Source of the DNA: Eledone cirrhosa
Lineage: Eukaryota
Reading direction: 5' to 3'
Length of the DNA: 64,000 bases
Assembly: GCA_964016885.1 (NCBI GenBank)
Contig: OZ024740.1
Span: 4,960,001-5,024,000, forward strand
Part shown: one piece after another, positions 1 through 12,193 of the stretch
How positions within the stretch are numbered: position 1 is the first letter of the stretch
Layout: each line of letters opens with the position of its first letter
Notes under the pieces: generated by a model
The model's database searches: none
The model's input: only the letters and a program-made list of their open reading frames with translations
What the model was told of the DNA's origin: nothing
Position numbers and translations under genes: made by a program

Positions 1-262
1 GCTATAACTCTTTCCATTACTTTCATGACCTGGTCCATCAGTTTTATACCTCTATAGTTTCCTCTATCTAGTGCATCACCTTTACCCTTGTAACAGTTGA
101 CAATGATGCTGCTGCACCAATCATTTGGCATGACACCATCTAGTATTACTTGGTTTACTATACATGCTTTCAGCATCACAGCAACTATTCCTGATGGACT
201 GGCTGCTTTTCCAGCTTTCATATCCTTAATTGCCTTACTTACTACACTGCTGCTGACTTCAA
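1..262 (-). mobile_element. RTE-clade LINE fragment (family A, N-terminal RT region), runs off window start
   Basis: Reverse complement matches 55950-56230 and 6500-6780 (KAIKDMK.GKA...DW.SSIIVNCYKGKGDALDRGNYRGIKLMDQVMKV). Confidence 0.85.
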
Positions 263-312
263 TATATGTGTAACCACAGTAAGTAAGGTACTCAATACAA
301 AGTAGAGTATAA

Positions 313-395
313 ATATTTAATATAAGGGCTTTCCTGATGATTTCCTTTGAATGAAACATTTCTAGTTCTGTAGAAGCCATTTCTTTATTAAATAT
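313..395 (+). ncRNA. Type I hammerhead ribozyme-like motif (imperfect)
   Basis: CTGATGA 334-340; stem II t-TTC-cttt-GAA-t; GAAA 353-356; stem III ACA..TGT; GUA site at 370-372; stem I GGC(T)TTC/GAAGCC extended by ATATTTAATA/TATTAAATAT. Confidence 0.55.
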
Positions 396-461
396 ATATA
401 CACATTTACACACCCACACAGTATATACATATATAGACATTGTAGGATGGCTGTTGACTCT

Positions 462-1958
462 CGTGAGATGAAGGAATTAGAAGAGAGGATGGAGTAGCAT
501 TTGCTGTTAAGGTTGTTCTTGTGGATAAATTGGAAGAATTCCCAGTGGGGATTAGTGAGCATCTTATGTTCGTGAGAATCCCGCTGGACAAAGGAAGGTA
601 TACGACTTTGGTGTGTGTGTATGCTCCGACTATGAATTCTGTTGATGAGGAAAAAGTATCTTTCTACCATGCTTTGAAAGGTGTTACAGAAAAATATCCC
701 TCAGGCAGACAAGGTCATCGTGCTGGGTGACTTTAATGCTAGAGTGGGTGGGTAGGGATCTTAACACATGAACTGTAATCGGAAGGCATAGGGTGGGAAA
801 GTGTAACAACAATGGTATGCTCCTGCTGCAGATTTGTGAGGAGCTGGGTCTGTGTTACCAACACCATGTTCCAGCAAAAGAACAAATTTAAGATCACATG
901 GTTGCATCCTGCATCTAAAGAATGGCATCTTTTGGACTATGTCCTTGTCGGGGTGCGTGACAGATGGGATGGGCAGTGTTTTCGTATTCTTTGTGGGACT
1001 GAGTGCTGGATGGACCACTGCCTGGTATGTGCAAAAGTGAAATTAACTACAAAATGCAAAATCCAGGCTGCTGGTGTTACCCTGCCTAAAAGACTGAATG
1101 TTGCTCGTCTTAGGGATATTAGTGTGAAGAGGACATTGTGAGAAGAGATGGATGTTGCAGATATTGGTGAGGATTGGCCGACCCTTAAAAATTCAGTTTA
1201 GGATGTAGACAAGTGTGTTCTGGGATTAGTACAAGACTGGTTTAAAGAAAATGATGAACATATAGATGAATTGTTGGCTAAGAGGCGTGCTCTATCACGC
1301 TACTTGGCAGCAAAGCCACAGGAGAAGAATATGTTGCATAAGGAACTCAAGGATGTGAAATCACATATGAGGCAGAGGCTCTCTTAGATGAAGGATCAGT
1401 GGTGGAGTGAGAAGGCTGATGAGATACAAGCTGTATCAGATTCAAATAACACAAAGCTGTTGTACAGTCTCTTGTGTGATGTTTATGGACCATCTTCTTC
1501 TCTGGTGATACCACTTCACAGCAGGGATGGCAAGGAACTTCTTCATGACTCACAAGGAATTCTGTGAAGGTGACAAGAGCACTTTGAGGAACTTTTGAAT
1601 CAGCCATCTGTCGTCAATGAAGATTTCCTCAATCTAATCCCTGAAAAACCTGTGAAAGTAGCTCTCGCAGAACCACCGACGCTTGTGGAGGTTGCAGTAG
1701 CTGTCTCGAAGCTGAACAGGGGAAGGTCTCCAGATATGGATGGCATACATGCAGAGTTCTTACAATATGGTGGTGAGAGACTTCTGCAACATCTTCACTC
1801 TTTGTTTGGCAGGATTTGGGCTAATGAATCCGCACCTGTGGACTGGCGAGATGCAGTAATGGTGGTCTTGTACAAGGGAAAGGGTAACAAGAATGATTGT
1901 GGAAACTACAGAGGTATATCATTGTTTTCTGTCGTAGGAAAAATTTTATGTAGGGTGC
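462..1958 (+). mobile_element. Degenerate RTE (BovB-like, family B) LINE fragment: APE through start of RT
   Basis: ORF pieces 521-730, 812-1141 and 1595-1958 align with the 14735-17200 protein (DKLEEFPVGISE, HPASKEWHLLDYVLV, GNYRGISL); many stops and frameshifts. Confidence 0.92.
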
Positions 1959-2421
1959 GTCATGTGGGTATACACGTCTGTCTGTCTGTATATCTCTGCC
2001 TGCCTCTCTATGTTGTTCATTTTCTACATCCTACAATTATTTCTTCATATCAACATAATCCCTTTTTTTAATTCTTTGACAAAAACATGAAATGTATTTA
2101 CCGACCCGAGAAACTACCACCGGGTCGCCCTAGCGTGGCACACCCCACAAACCCCTGCTTCCTGTTAACACCAAAGCAAGTCTTTGACTGACCAATACAC
2201 ATTCCAAAATGCATCCACATGCGCGCACACATACACGAATCCTTAATCGCTTGCGCGCCCACGTAATTACACACGTAAATATCAATGAATATACACCCAC
2301 ATTTCCACCCCACAAATTACACCAGAATATACACATACGCTCACACACGTAAAAAAATAGAGCCAATGCCTATATATATACATTCTCGGTCCACATACCA
2401 CAACAAAAATATATCTTTTGT

Positions 2422-2533
2422 CACATCACCAGTCTGAGGAGCAGATCAATACTGGAGTCAGGTCCAGAACTCCTATGGGTCACCTTGAGCCAATCCTCTC
2501 CGAAACGCGCATAACAGGTTGATATGCAATAAA
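2422..2533 (+). ncRNA. Degenerate hammerhead-like motif with long stem II insert, followed by AATAAA
   Basis: CTGAGGA 2434-2440; GAAA 2502-2505; near-palindrome ACGCGCAT (one change from ACGCGCGT) then A; imperfect stem I CATCACCAGT/ACAGGTTGATATG; AATAAA 2528-2533. Confidence 0.4.
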
Positions 2534-2805
2534 TATATTTCATATGTAAACGAACTTTCCTCATTTTTTTATTATATATATATATTTTGAGTATGCGTTG
2601 GTTGTTTACCGACACCTCAGTATGCAGGTAGGAGCAATCAACGGCGTGCGCAGGTTGGTTTGTTCACTCTGGAGTAATGTAAAATTCTTGCCCATATGAT
2701 TCCAGTTCCTTTAAGGACTAACAACACACCTAGGAACTGGACATATTGATGAATTAACAGGGTAGAACCCATTATAACATCATGTTTTCCTGTTTTTTCT
2801 GCCTT

Positions 2806-2880
2806 AATTCTTACTGCCTGATGAGGTCACAGCCAATAATGGCTGTTACTGAAATATGTATAGCAGCGAATAGGAATAAA
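2806..2880 (+). ncRNA. Type I hammerhead ribozyme
   Basis: CTGATGA 2818-2824; stem II GGTCACAGCC-aataat-GGCTGTTACT; GAAA 2851-2854; self-complementary stem III ATATGTAT; predicted cleavage after A2862; stem I TTCTTA-CTGC/GCAG-(cgaa)-TAGGAA; AATAAA 2875-2880. Confidence 0.75.
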
Positions 2881-2942
2881 CGAAGCCAACTTTAACATGT
2901 TTGATTTACACATATTTTATATATCTATATATATATATATGA

Positions 2943-3272
2943 AGGCACATGGCTTAGTGGTTAGAGCATTGGGCTTGCAATTGAGAGGTTGTGAGTTCAA
3001 TTCTCAGACCGGGTGATGCGTTGTGTCCTTGAGCAGACACTTTATTTCACGTTGCTCTAATTTACTCAGCTGTAGAAATGAATTGTGATGTCGCTGGTGC
3101 CAAGCTGTATCGGTCATTGCCTTTCCCTTGGACAATATCAGTGGAGTGGAGAGGGGAGACTGGTATCTATGGGTGACTGCAGGTCTTCCACAAAACAAAC
3201 TTTGCTCAGGCTTGTGCCTCGGGAAACTTTCTAGGTGCAAAACCCTGGTCATTTTTGACCGAGTGGGGCCAA
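2943..3272 (+). mobile_element. tRNA-derived SINE (head type 1, distinct tail)
   Basis: A box TGGCTTAGTGG, B box GAGTTCAATTC; body GTGTCCTTGAGCA...ACTCAGCTGTAGAAATG shared with the 3569-3909 and 9565-9870 copies. Confidence 0.85.
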
Positions 3273-3534
3273 AGCAATATATATACATATAATATTCTAC
3301 ATTGTCTCCATCTGGTCAATGTAATGTTGTAATGTGATGGGGAGTGTGATGGAAGAAACAAAGGAATTGAGGTGACAGGAGGCAGAAAAATAATTGGAGA
3401 GAAAGTGATGACAGATGTATTCTGGGTAAGGGGAATGCCTCATCTATCCCATGTAGGCGTGGAAGATAGACTTTAAACGATGATGATGATGATATATATA
3501 TATATTTTTATATATGAATATGTATATATAGATA

Positions 3535-3568
<34 letters not shown>

Positions 3569-3571
<3 letters not shown>

Positions 3572-3909
3572 TCATCATCATCATCATCATCATCATTTTA
3601 CGTCCGCTTTTCCCTGCTTGCAAGGGTGGGATGGGAACTGATTCTGGGTTGATTTCTACAGCTGGATGCCCTTCCTAACACCAACCTCATTTACAGTGAG
3701 TGGTGGGTGCTTTTATCCGTGGCGCCTACACGTCCACTTTACAGTGGAATGATAGGGACCCCTGTCCCTATCATCTCATTTCTACAGCTGAGTAAACTGG
3801 AGCAATGTGAAATAAAGTGTCTTGCTCAAGGAAACAACACATCACCCGGTCCGAGAATTGAACTCACAACCTTTCGATTGCAAGCCCAATGCTCTAACCA
3901 CTAAGCCAT
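3569..3909 (-). mobile_element. tRNA-derived SINE (head type 1) with RTE family A 3' module and (GAT)n tail
   Basis: Reverse complement of the same head; tail GGTTGGTGTTAGGAAGGGCATCC...GGACGTAAAATGATGATG resembles the LINE 3' end at 8380-8530. Confidence 0.85.
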
Positions 3910-3930
3910 ATATATATATATATATATATA

Positions 3931-4214
3931 TATAAAGAAAAAGAGATGAAATCGAAAATGCAACTGAAGTCTTATTTTTTTTTTAAATATATATATTTAT
4001 TTGGTTCCTTTACCGGTAAAACCACAGACCCTCCATCTCAACTCACCTTTTGAAAAGCAGAAGAACTGCGAAACCGGTAAAGGAACCAAATAAATATATA
4101 TATTTTTAAAAAAAATAAGACTTCAGTTGCATTTTCGATTTCATCTCTTTTTCTTTATACTTTCACTCGTGTAGGACACCTCGGTTATTTTTCATTTTGT
4201 AAAAAAAACCTCAC

Positions 4215-4222
<8 letters not shown>
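3931..4222. mobile_element. Inverted-repeat element (87-bp arms) containing an HHR; probable Penelope-like pLTR relic
   Basis: 3931-4017 is the near-perfect reverse complement of 4073-4159; flanked by (TA)n on both sides. Confidence 0.7.
4046..4083 (+). ncRNA. Minimal type I hammerhead, U3-A8 core variant
   Basis: CCTT-TTGAAAA-GCAG(aagaa)CTGC-GAAA-CCGGT-A-AAGG; palindromic stem III ACCGGT; GUA site with predicted cleavage after 4079; AATAAA 4089-4094. Confidence 0.65.
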
Positions 4223-4311
<89 letters not shown>

Positions 4312-4457
4312 TAGATAGATAGATATAGATAGGTAAATATACACGGGTGTGTATGATTGTGTATAGAAGATTATATTAATAAGAGGAATTCCAACTTTGT
4401 CTGATTTACTCGTTTTATTTACAATCCTTTAAAATATATATAATATGGTATTATAAT

Positions 4458-4560
4458 TGTTTCTACTTTAGGCACAAGGCCAGCAATTATCCAGTGCATT
4501 ACTGGTACTTTATTTTATCGACCCCGTAAGGATGAAAGGCAAAGTCAACCTCGGCGGGTA
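4458..4560 (-). mobile_element. 5'-truncated SINE (head type 2 family) with 15-bp TSD
   Basis: Matches 54712-54810 and 62220-62320; TSD ATATGGTATTATAAT at 4443-4457 and 4563-4577. Confidence 0.85.
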
Positions 4561-4615
4561 TTATATGGTATTATAATGAAATAGTATGATAGAATATTAA
4601 ATTCTAAGTGTTAAT

Positions 4616-4654
4616 TGAACAAGTACTTTCATGCTTTCGCAATCTTCAGGTTCA
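4616..4654 (-). ncRNA. Minimal type I hammerhead motif
   Basis: Minus strand reads TGAAC-CTGAAGA-tTGC(gaaa)GCAt-GAAA-GTACT-T-GTTCA: perfect 5-bp stem I and palindromic stem III AGTACT. Confidence 0.65.
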
Positions 4655-5149
4655 TGATATGTGGTGACAGTCGAGTTTGCAATTTATATACCCCCCCCCC
4701 CTCTTTATCACATACGTGCCTGCTGGCTTCTCTCTCTCTCGATCACTCCTCTCTCGATCAATCCCTACTCTCACCAAATATAAATAAACCTGTTACGAGG
4801 TACGAATCTCAGAATTTGTCAACTCTTATTAATGGTCAGTCCACTTCTACGAAATGTAATGTAAAAATACCATTTTCTTCTTGTCTCTCCATCTTTCGGT
4901 TCATTCATCCATATATCTGTATAATCGCCCAGAATCCAATCTTGCTTTCTCAATGCTATTCTATAATTCTGTCTGGTTGTTCTAAATAATCTATTGTATT
5001 TTAAAATCCCAGTATTCGCTTATTACTGTTATATGCTTGTCCAATTAGGCCCAAAAGTCGTGGATTTTATTTAAAACCTTCTCCTCGCTAACTACCCCAT
5101 ACCCCTTCCGCCCGCCCCCACTCGCCACCATTATTATTTGGACCAATCA

Positions 5150-8100
5150 TAAGTCAGCGGCCTATGCTATCACTTCTCCTGTTGCTTTTCGATATGATGG
5201 ATGGACTAAGGAATTCTGGAGAGTCTGAAAACTCTGGACACTCAGACAATGCCAAAGATAACGACAAATTCACCTCATGCTGCCGGACGAAAAGGCAAGG
5301 ATTCCTCCTCATTGTTTCGGCCGCGTTGGCCAACATAACCCCAACCCCATCGCCCTCACCCCTCCCCGCGCCCCACCGTTCCCACCCACCAAACGCAATC
5401 CAAAACGGTGACAGTAATATCTGCGCACGCACCCCAATCCGGACTGCCTGGCGCTATAAAAGACAGATTCTATGAGATACTAATACTCACTACCTCCCAA
5501 ATAACCGACAGTGACTATATAATTATTGCTGGCGACCTAAATAAATGGCACGTTGGACAACACTGTGACGGCTATGACGGAATCCATGGAGGCTATGGGT
5601 TTGGTACTAGAAATGAGGAAGGCTCCAGAATCCTGGAATTCTGTGACGCAAATAACCTAACTATCTGTAACACTAACTTCAAAAAACGAAACAATCACTT
5701 GATCACCTATAGATCAGGGGAACACACCAGCCAGGTAGATTATATCCTTACAAGAAGACGTGACAGAGTGTCTGTTGTAAACACTAAATCCCTCCCCCAT
5801 GAATAATGCACCTCCCAACATAGGCTCATAGTTAGCGACCTCATAGTTAGGACGAGATGTACTCGACCACAGAAGAGGACTATCCTCAGGAGAAAAATAT
5901 GGAAGCTAAAGGACCCCACAGCCAGTAATAAATTTAAAAGCATATTACTTGATGCTTTCGACAGTAAGGTAGAACAATTAGAGTCGTACAATATAGAGGA
6001 ACAGTGGGAATTCCTGAAAGCTAACCTACTGAAGGCGGCAGATGAAGTCTGTGGCTGGAGCAGACTTATAGGCAGGAGGAGAGTAACGTGGTGGTGGAAC
6101 AGTAAGGTGAAGGAGTCAATTAAGGCCAAAAAGCAGGCTTGGAAAGTATGGCGGGATGGGGGAAGTAGAGAAGACTATCAAGTGGCCAGGAGTGAAGCTA
6201 TGAGACAAGTGTACTTCGCAAGAAGGGAAGCAGAGGAAAAAAAGTTCAAGCATGTTCTACAACGCGAGGACCAAAAACGTGAGGTGTTCAGGATTGCTAG
6301 GCAATGTGTTAAGGAAAACCGTGATATTGTCGGGGAGAAGTGAGACCTTAATTATGATGGTGTACTTGCCATCACTGACGCTGATAAGAAGGTAGCTTGG
6401 AAGTGTCACTACGAAAGGCTACTAAATGAGGAAAATAAATGGGAGAAAGACAGTCTCCCCCACATCAATCCAATAGAGGGACCAGCAGTGTTAGTTGAAG
6501 GTAGTATAATAAGTAAGGCAATCAAAGATATGAAGACGGGTAAGGCGGCTGGGCCTTCGGAAATAGTTGCTGAAATGCTGAAAGCTTCTGGAACGGTGGG
6601 ACACACTATGGTCACCCGGATAATAAACGAAGTCATACAGAATGGGGTTGTTCCGAAGGACTGGCGTAGCAGCATCATCATTAACTGCTTCAAGGGTAAA
6701 GGAGAGGCCCTAGATAGGGGTAACTATAGAGGCATTAAATTAATCGACCAGGTCTTGAAGGTCACAGAAAAAGTAATAGCGCAACTAATCAGAGAGCGAT
6801 TTGATCTACATGAAATGTTGTTCGGGTTTGTGTCAGGTGAAAGTACCACAGACGCTCTTTTCATTGTACGACAACTACAGGAGAAGTACCTAGCTAAAAG
6901 TAAACCCCTATACTTAGCTTTTGTCGACTTGGAGAAAGCCTTTGACAGAGTCCCCCGTTCCATTATCTGGTGGGCTCTTAGAAAACTAGATGTTGATGAA
7001 TGGCTTGTGAGAGCTATACAAGCAATGTATAAAGAAACAGTCAGCAAGGTTAGAATTAACAACGAATATAGTGAAGAGTTTAGCGTAAAAGTTGGTGTTC
7101 ATCAGGGCTCCGTTCTTAGCCCCCTATTATTTATTTTTGCCTTTCAGGCTATAATAGAGGAGTTTAAGACCGGCTGCCCATGGGAACTCCTATACGCAGA
7201 TGATCTAACGCTCATAGCTGAATCAATGGCTGAACTAGAGAAGAAATTCCAAACATGGAAGCATGGCCTAGAATCAAAAGGCCTTAAAATTAACCTGTCT
7301 AAGACTAAAGTTCTAGTTTGTAGGAAGGAAAATAGGGCACGGGTCCCATCCAGGAAATAGCCATGCTCAGTGTGTAAGAAAGGAGTAGGCAGAAACTCCA
7401 TTTTATTTCCCAAATGCAAAGTATAGGTGCATAAAAGATGTAGTGAGATCCCAGGTAAGTTAACTAAGAATATAGATTTTATATGTGGCCGGTGCGCTGG
7501 TACAATAAGTAGCAGCAAATGCCCACAGAATACTAGCTCATTCCATTGCACAAATGGTTCTATAGAAATAGTTGACACCTTCCGTTACTTGGGTGACAAA
7601 ATCAGCAGTGGTGGAGGGTGCTCTGAAAGTACAGTAGCTAGAGTCAGAACGGAATGGAAAAAGTTCAGAGAGCTTATACCACTATTGGCCGCTAAAGGGT
7701 TCTCTCTAAAAATGAAAGGCTGGCTGTATGATGCCTGCATACGAACAGCAATGTTACATGGCAGTGAGACCTGGGCATTGTGTGCAGAGGATATACGCAG
7801 ACTGGAGAGAAACGAAGCTTGCATGCTCTGCTGGATGTGTAATAGTAATATACGTGAACGGCAAAGCATAAACGAACTAAGGGAGAAATTAGAAATAAGA
7901 GGGATCAGATGTTGTTTACTCGAGAGAAGACTACGTTGGTACGGTCACGTGATGCGCATGAAAGACGACAGCTGTATAAAAAAGTGCAGGGCGATAAAAA
8001 TAGACGGTAGCCACGGAGTAGGCAGACCCAGAAAAACCTGGGACGACTTGATAAATTCCGACCTCACACACTTACACCTCTCCAAGACAATGTCACTGGA

Positions 8101-8528
8101 CCGAGATCTTTGGCGCTACACAGTAACACAGAAGACCCGCCTCGCCTAAGTACAAAGCGAAACCTACAGTCAGTAGGCACCTCTTAACAAAAATACACCC
8201 CGTCCCACTACCCCCACCCCATCCACACCACCCCCTTAAATGTGAAGTTATGTTGGTACCACAACAACCAGTCTGAAACAAATGAGGTCGTGTAGGTGTC
8301 ACGACAAAAAAACATACAGTCCACGCTGTAAGGTGGCCGTGTAGGTAACACGGTAAAAACCTCCCGGTCCACACTCTAAACGTGGTTGGTGTTAGGAAGG
8401 GCATCCGCCGTAGAAAACCCGCCAGACAGTCCTATACGAGTAGGACAACCAATCTTGCCTCAAGTGGGAAAACTCCCTTCCAAACCCATGCAAGCATGGA
8501 AGATGGACGTTAAACGATGATGATGATG

Positions 8529-8530
<2 letters not shown>
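5150..8530 (+). mobile_element. RTE-clade LINE family A (partial APE, RT, PHD-like finger, 3'UTR, (GAT)n tail), pseudogenised
   Basis: APE motifs (IIAGDLN, SQVDYIL); RT motifs (FVDLEKAFDRVP, GVHQGSVLSPLLF, LYADD); C-terminal RLRWYGHVMR and GRPRKTW; several stops and frameshifts; the N-terminal APE is missing; the 5' boundary is approximate. Confidence 0.92.
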
Positions 8531-8610
<80 letters not shown>

Positions 8611-8613
<3 letters not shown>

Positions 8614-9268
8614 AATATATTTAGAAACACACAGATACAAATTATATCTAAATGTTTCTTCTCTCTTCATAATGTATTTTTAACTCTGATACTGGTTCAA
8701 TCTAATTCAACCGGATTGGTCTGTCCCAGTCATTCATTGAGCAACATCGGTAAGGTTGGCACCATTAACTCACGGTTGGGTGTGGATGCATTCATGTATA
8801 TGTGTGTGTCCGCATGTATCTGTGTGTTTCTAAATATATTGTTCATAACTCCATCTGGTCTAGTAATCTTTGAAGTGTGGTGACTGCTGGAAAGCTGCCA
8901 TTACTCATACTTCTCGTCTCCTTCACCACCTCTTCTACGGCTTTCGATATGAATACCCCCTCCGCCTCCGTGGTATTTTCTTCGGGGTTATAAGATGCTT
9001 AGCTCTGTTTCTCGACCGTTATATCGCGTGACTATCTCCCACTCCGCCTTTTGGGATTCTTTCTCACGTCGTGTAGACGCGTTCTTGAAGCTAGTAAAAT
9101 GAGGTATCCTCTTGATAAGTCGGCAGACCTCGCAGGGACTCTATATCTTTATGATGTATTGTTTTTGTTTATGCCACGAAACTACGCAGTCGAGGAATCT
9201 AGGAGCAGTTTAGGTATGATACATTTTATTACTAATTATATCTAAATGTTTCTTCTCTCTTCATAATG

Positions 9269-9271
<3 letters not shown>
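8611..9271 (+). mobile_element. Probable non-autonomous Penelope-like relic with direct and inverted terminal pieces
   Basis: 38-bp direct repeat 8640-8677 = 9234-9271; 8611-8639 is the reverse complement of 8815-8843; an HHR lies just upstream of the 3' repeat; flanked by long (TA)n. Confidence 0.6.
9107..9196 (+). ncRNA. Type I hammerhead, U3-A8 core variant with long loop II
   Basis: TCCTC-TTGATAA-GT(c)GGCA...TGCCAC-GAAA-CTACGCAGT-C-GAGGA; GUC site with predicted cleavage after 9191; stem III ACT/AGT (near-palindrome of ACTGCGCAGT). Confidence 0.65.
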
Positions 9272-9299
<28 letters not shown>

Positions 9300-9320
9300 A
9301 TATATATATATACATTATGA

Positions 9321-9870
<550 letters not shown>

Positions 9871-9881
9871 TACATATATAT

Positions 9882-11385
<1,504 letters not shown>

Positions 11386-11440
11386 GATATATATATATTG
11401 AATTAGAATTGGTGGTCTGAAATAGCGATATATATATAAT

Positions 11441-11755
11441 AATAATAATAATGAAATATTGTGTACAGTGCTCAGGTGCACTACAACTCATCAAAAAGTG
11501 CAAGTATAGTACATAGGGTAATGTACAAACGTCAGAAAAATGAACAGTGCATGAGTCATGATATACACACGTGTGCATATGTATGGAAGGGGTACATCAG
11601 GTGTAGTTTTGTCGAATTTCGGGAAGCATGAGGGTTTTAAAGGATGCAGTGTCTCGGCAGCTAACAACTGACGCAGGCAGTTTGTTCCATGCTTCAGCAA
11701 CTCTGAGCGTGAAAAAATGTTTCCGAAAGTCATGGGAGCTGTGCTGTTTTCTGAT
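11441..11755 (-). mobile_element. CR1-type LINE 3' end with (ATT)n tail
   Basis: Same family as 58203-59125, 60037-60350 and 53476-53680 (TGAGTTGTAGTGCACCTGAGCACTGTACACAAT terminus); interrupts the left arm of the inverted repeat. Confidence 0.85.
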
Positions 11756-11884
11756 TGTATATATAGTGTATCAGTTATAAATATATATATAGTGTATTTT
11801 GCAATACACTGTATGCTTAATTAAAAGCATTTTGAAGACCTTACGCTATTATTTTAAAGTAGTGACTATATCACTTCTTTTTTC

Positions 11885-11966
11885 AACAAACAAAGGGAGA
11901 TAAGCTGACAGATCTATGTTTCACACTGTTGGTATTCCTCAGAGCTTAGCATTCCCCTTGTCTGTT
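11885..11966 (-). ncRNA. Type I hammerhead ribozyme (left-arm copy)
   Basis: Minus strand TAAGCT-CTGAGGA-ATAC(caaca)GTGT-GAAA-CA(tagatc)TGT-C-AGCTTA plus a long distal stem I. Confidence 0.75.
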
Positions 11967-12111
11967 GAAAATTATGAATGTTGGATTCTTATAGAATTCC
12001 AGTAATAATCAGGAACTGACTTTGCAATTTTTACTAGACCGGCAACCGCTCTGTATAATCAGTTCCTGATTATTACTGGAATTCTATAAGAATCCAACAT
12101 TCATAATTTTC

Positions 12112-12193
12112 AACAAACAAGGGGAGTGCTAAGCTCTGAGGAATACCAACAGTATGAAACAGAGATCTGTCAGCTTATCTCCCTTTGTTTGTT
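12112..12193 (+). ncRNA. Type I hammerhead ribozyme, intact, GUC site
   Basis: AACAAACAAGGGGAG-tgc-TAAGCT-CTGAGGA-ATAC(caaca)GTAT-GAAA-CAG(agat)CTGT-C-AGCTTA-t-CTCCCTTTGTTTGTT; all three stems pair; predicted cleavage after C12171. Confidence 0.85.

Noticed and set aside
2943-3015. tRNA gene (also at 9565-9640 and 3835-3909)
   Set aside because: A/B boxes are present but the acceptor stem is incomplete and the sequence runs into a repeated SINE body.
4780-5090. Penelope GIY-YIG or RT coding remnant upstream of the 4616 HHR
   Set aside because: The minus-strand frames I translated are short, and I could not recognise GIY-YIG or RT motifs.
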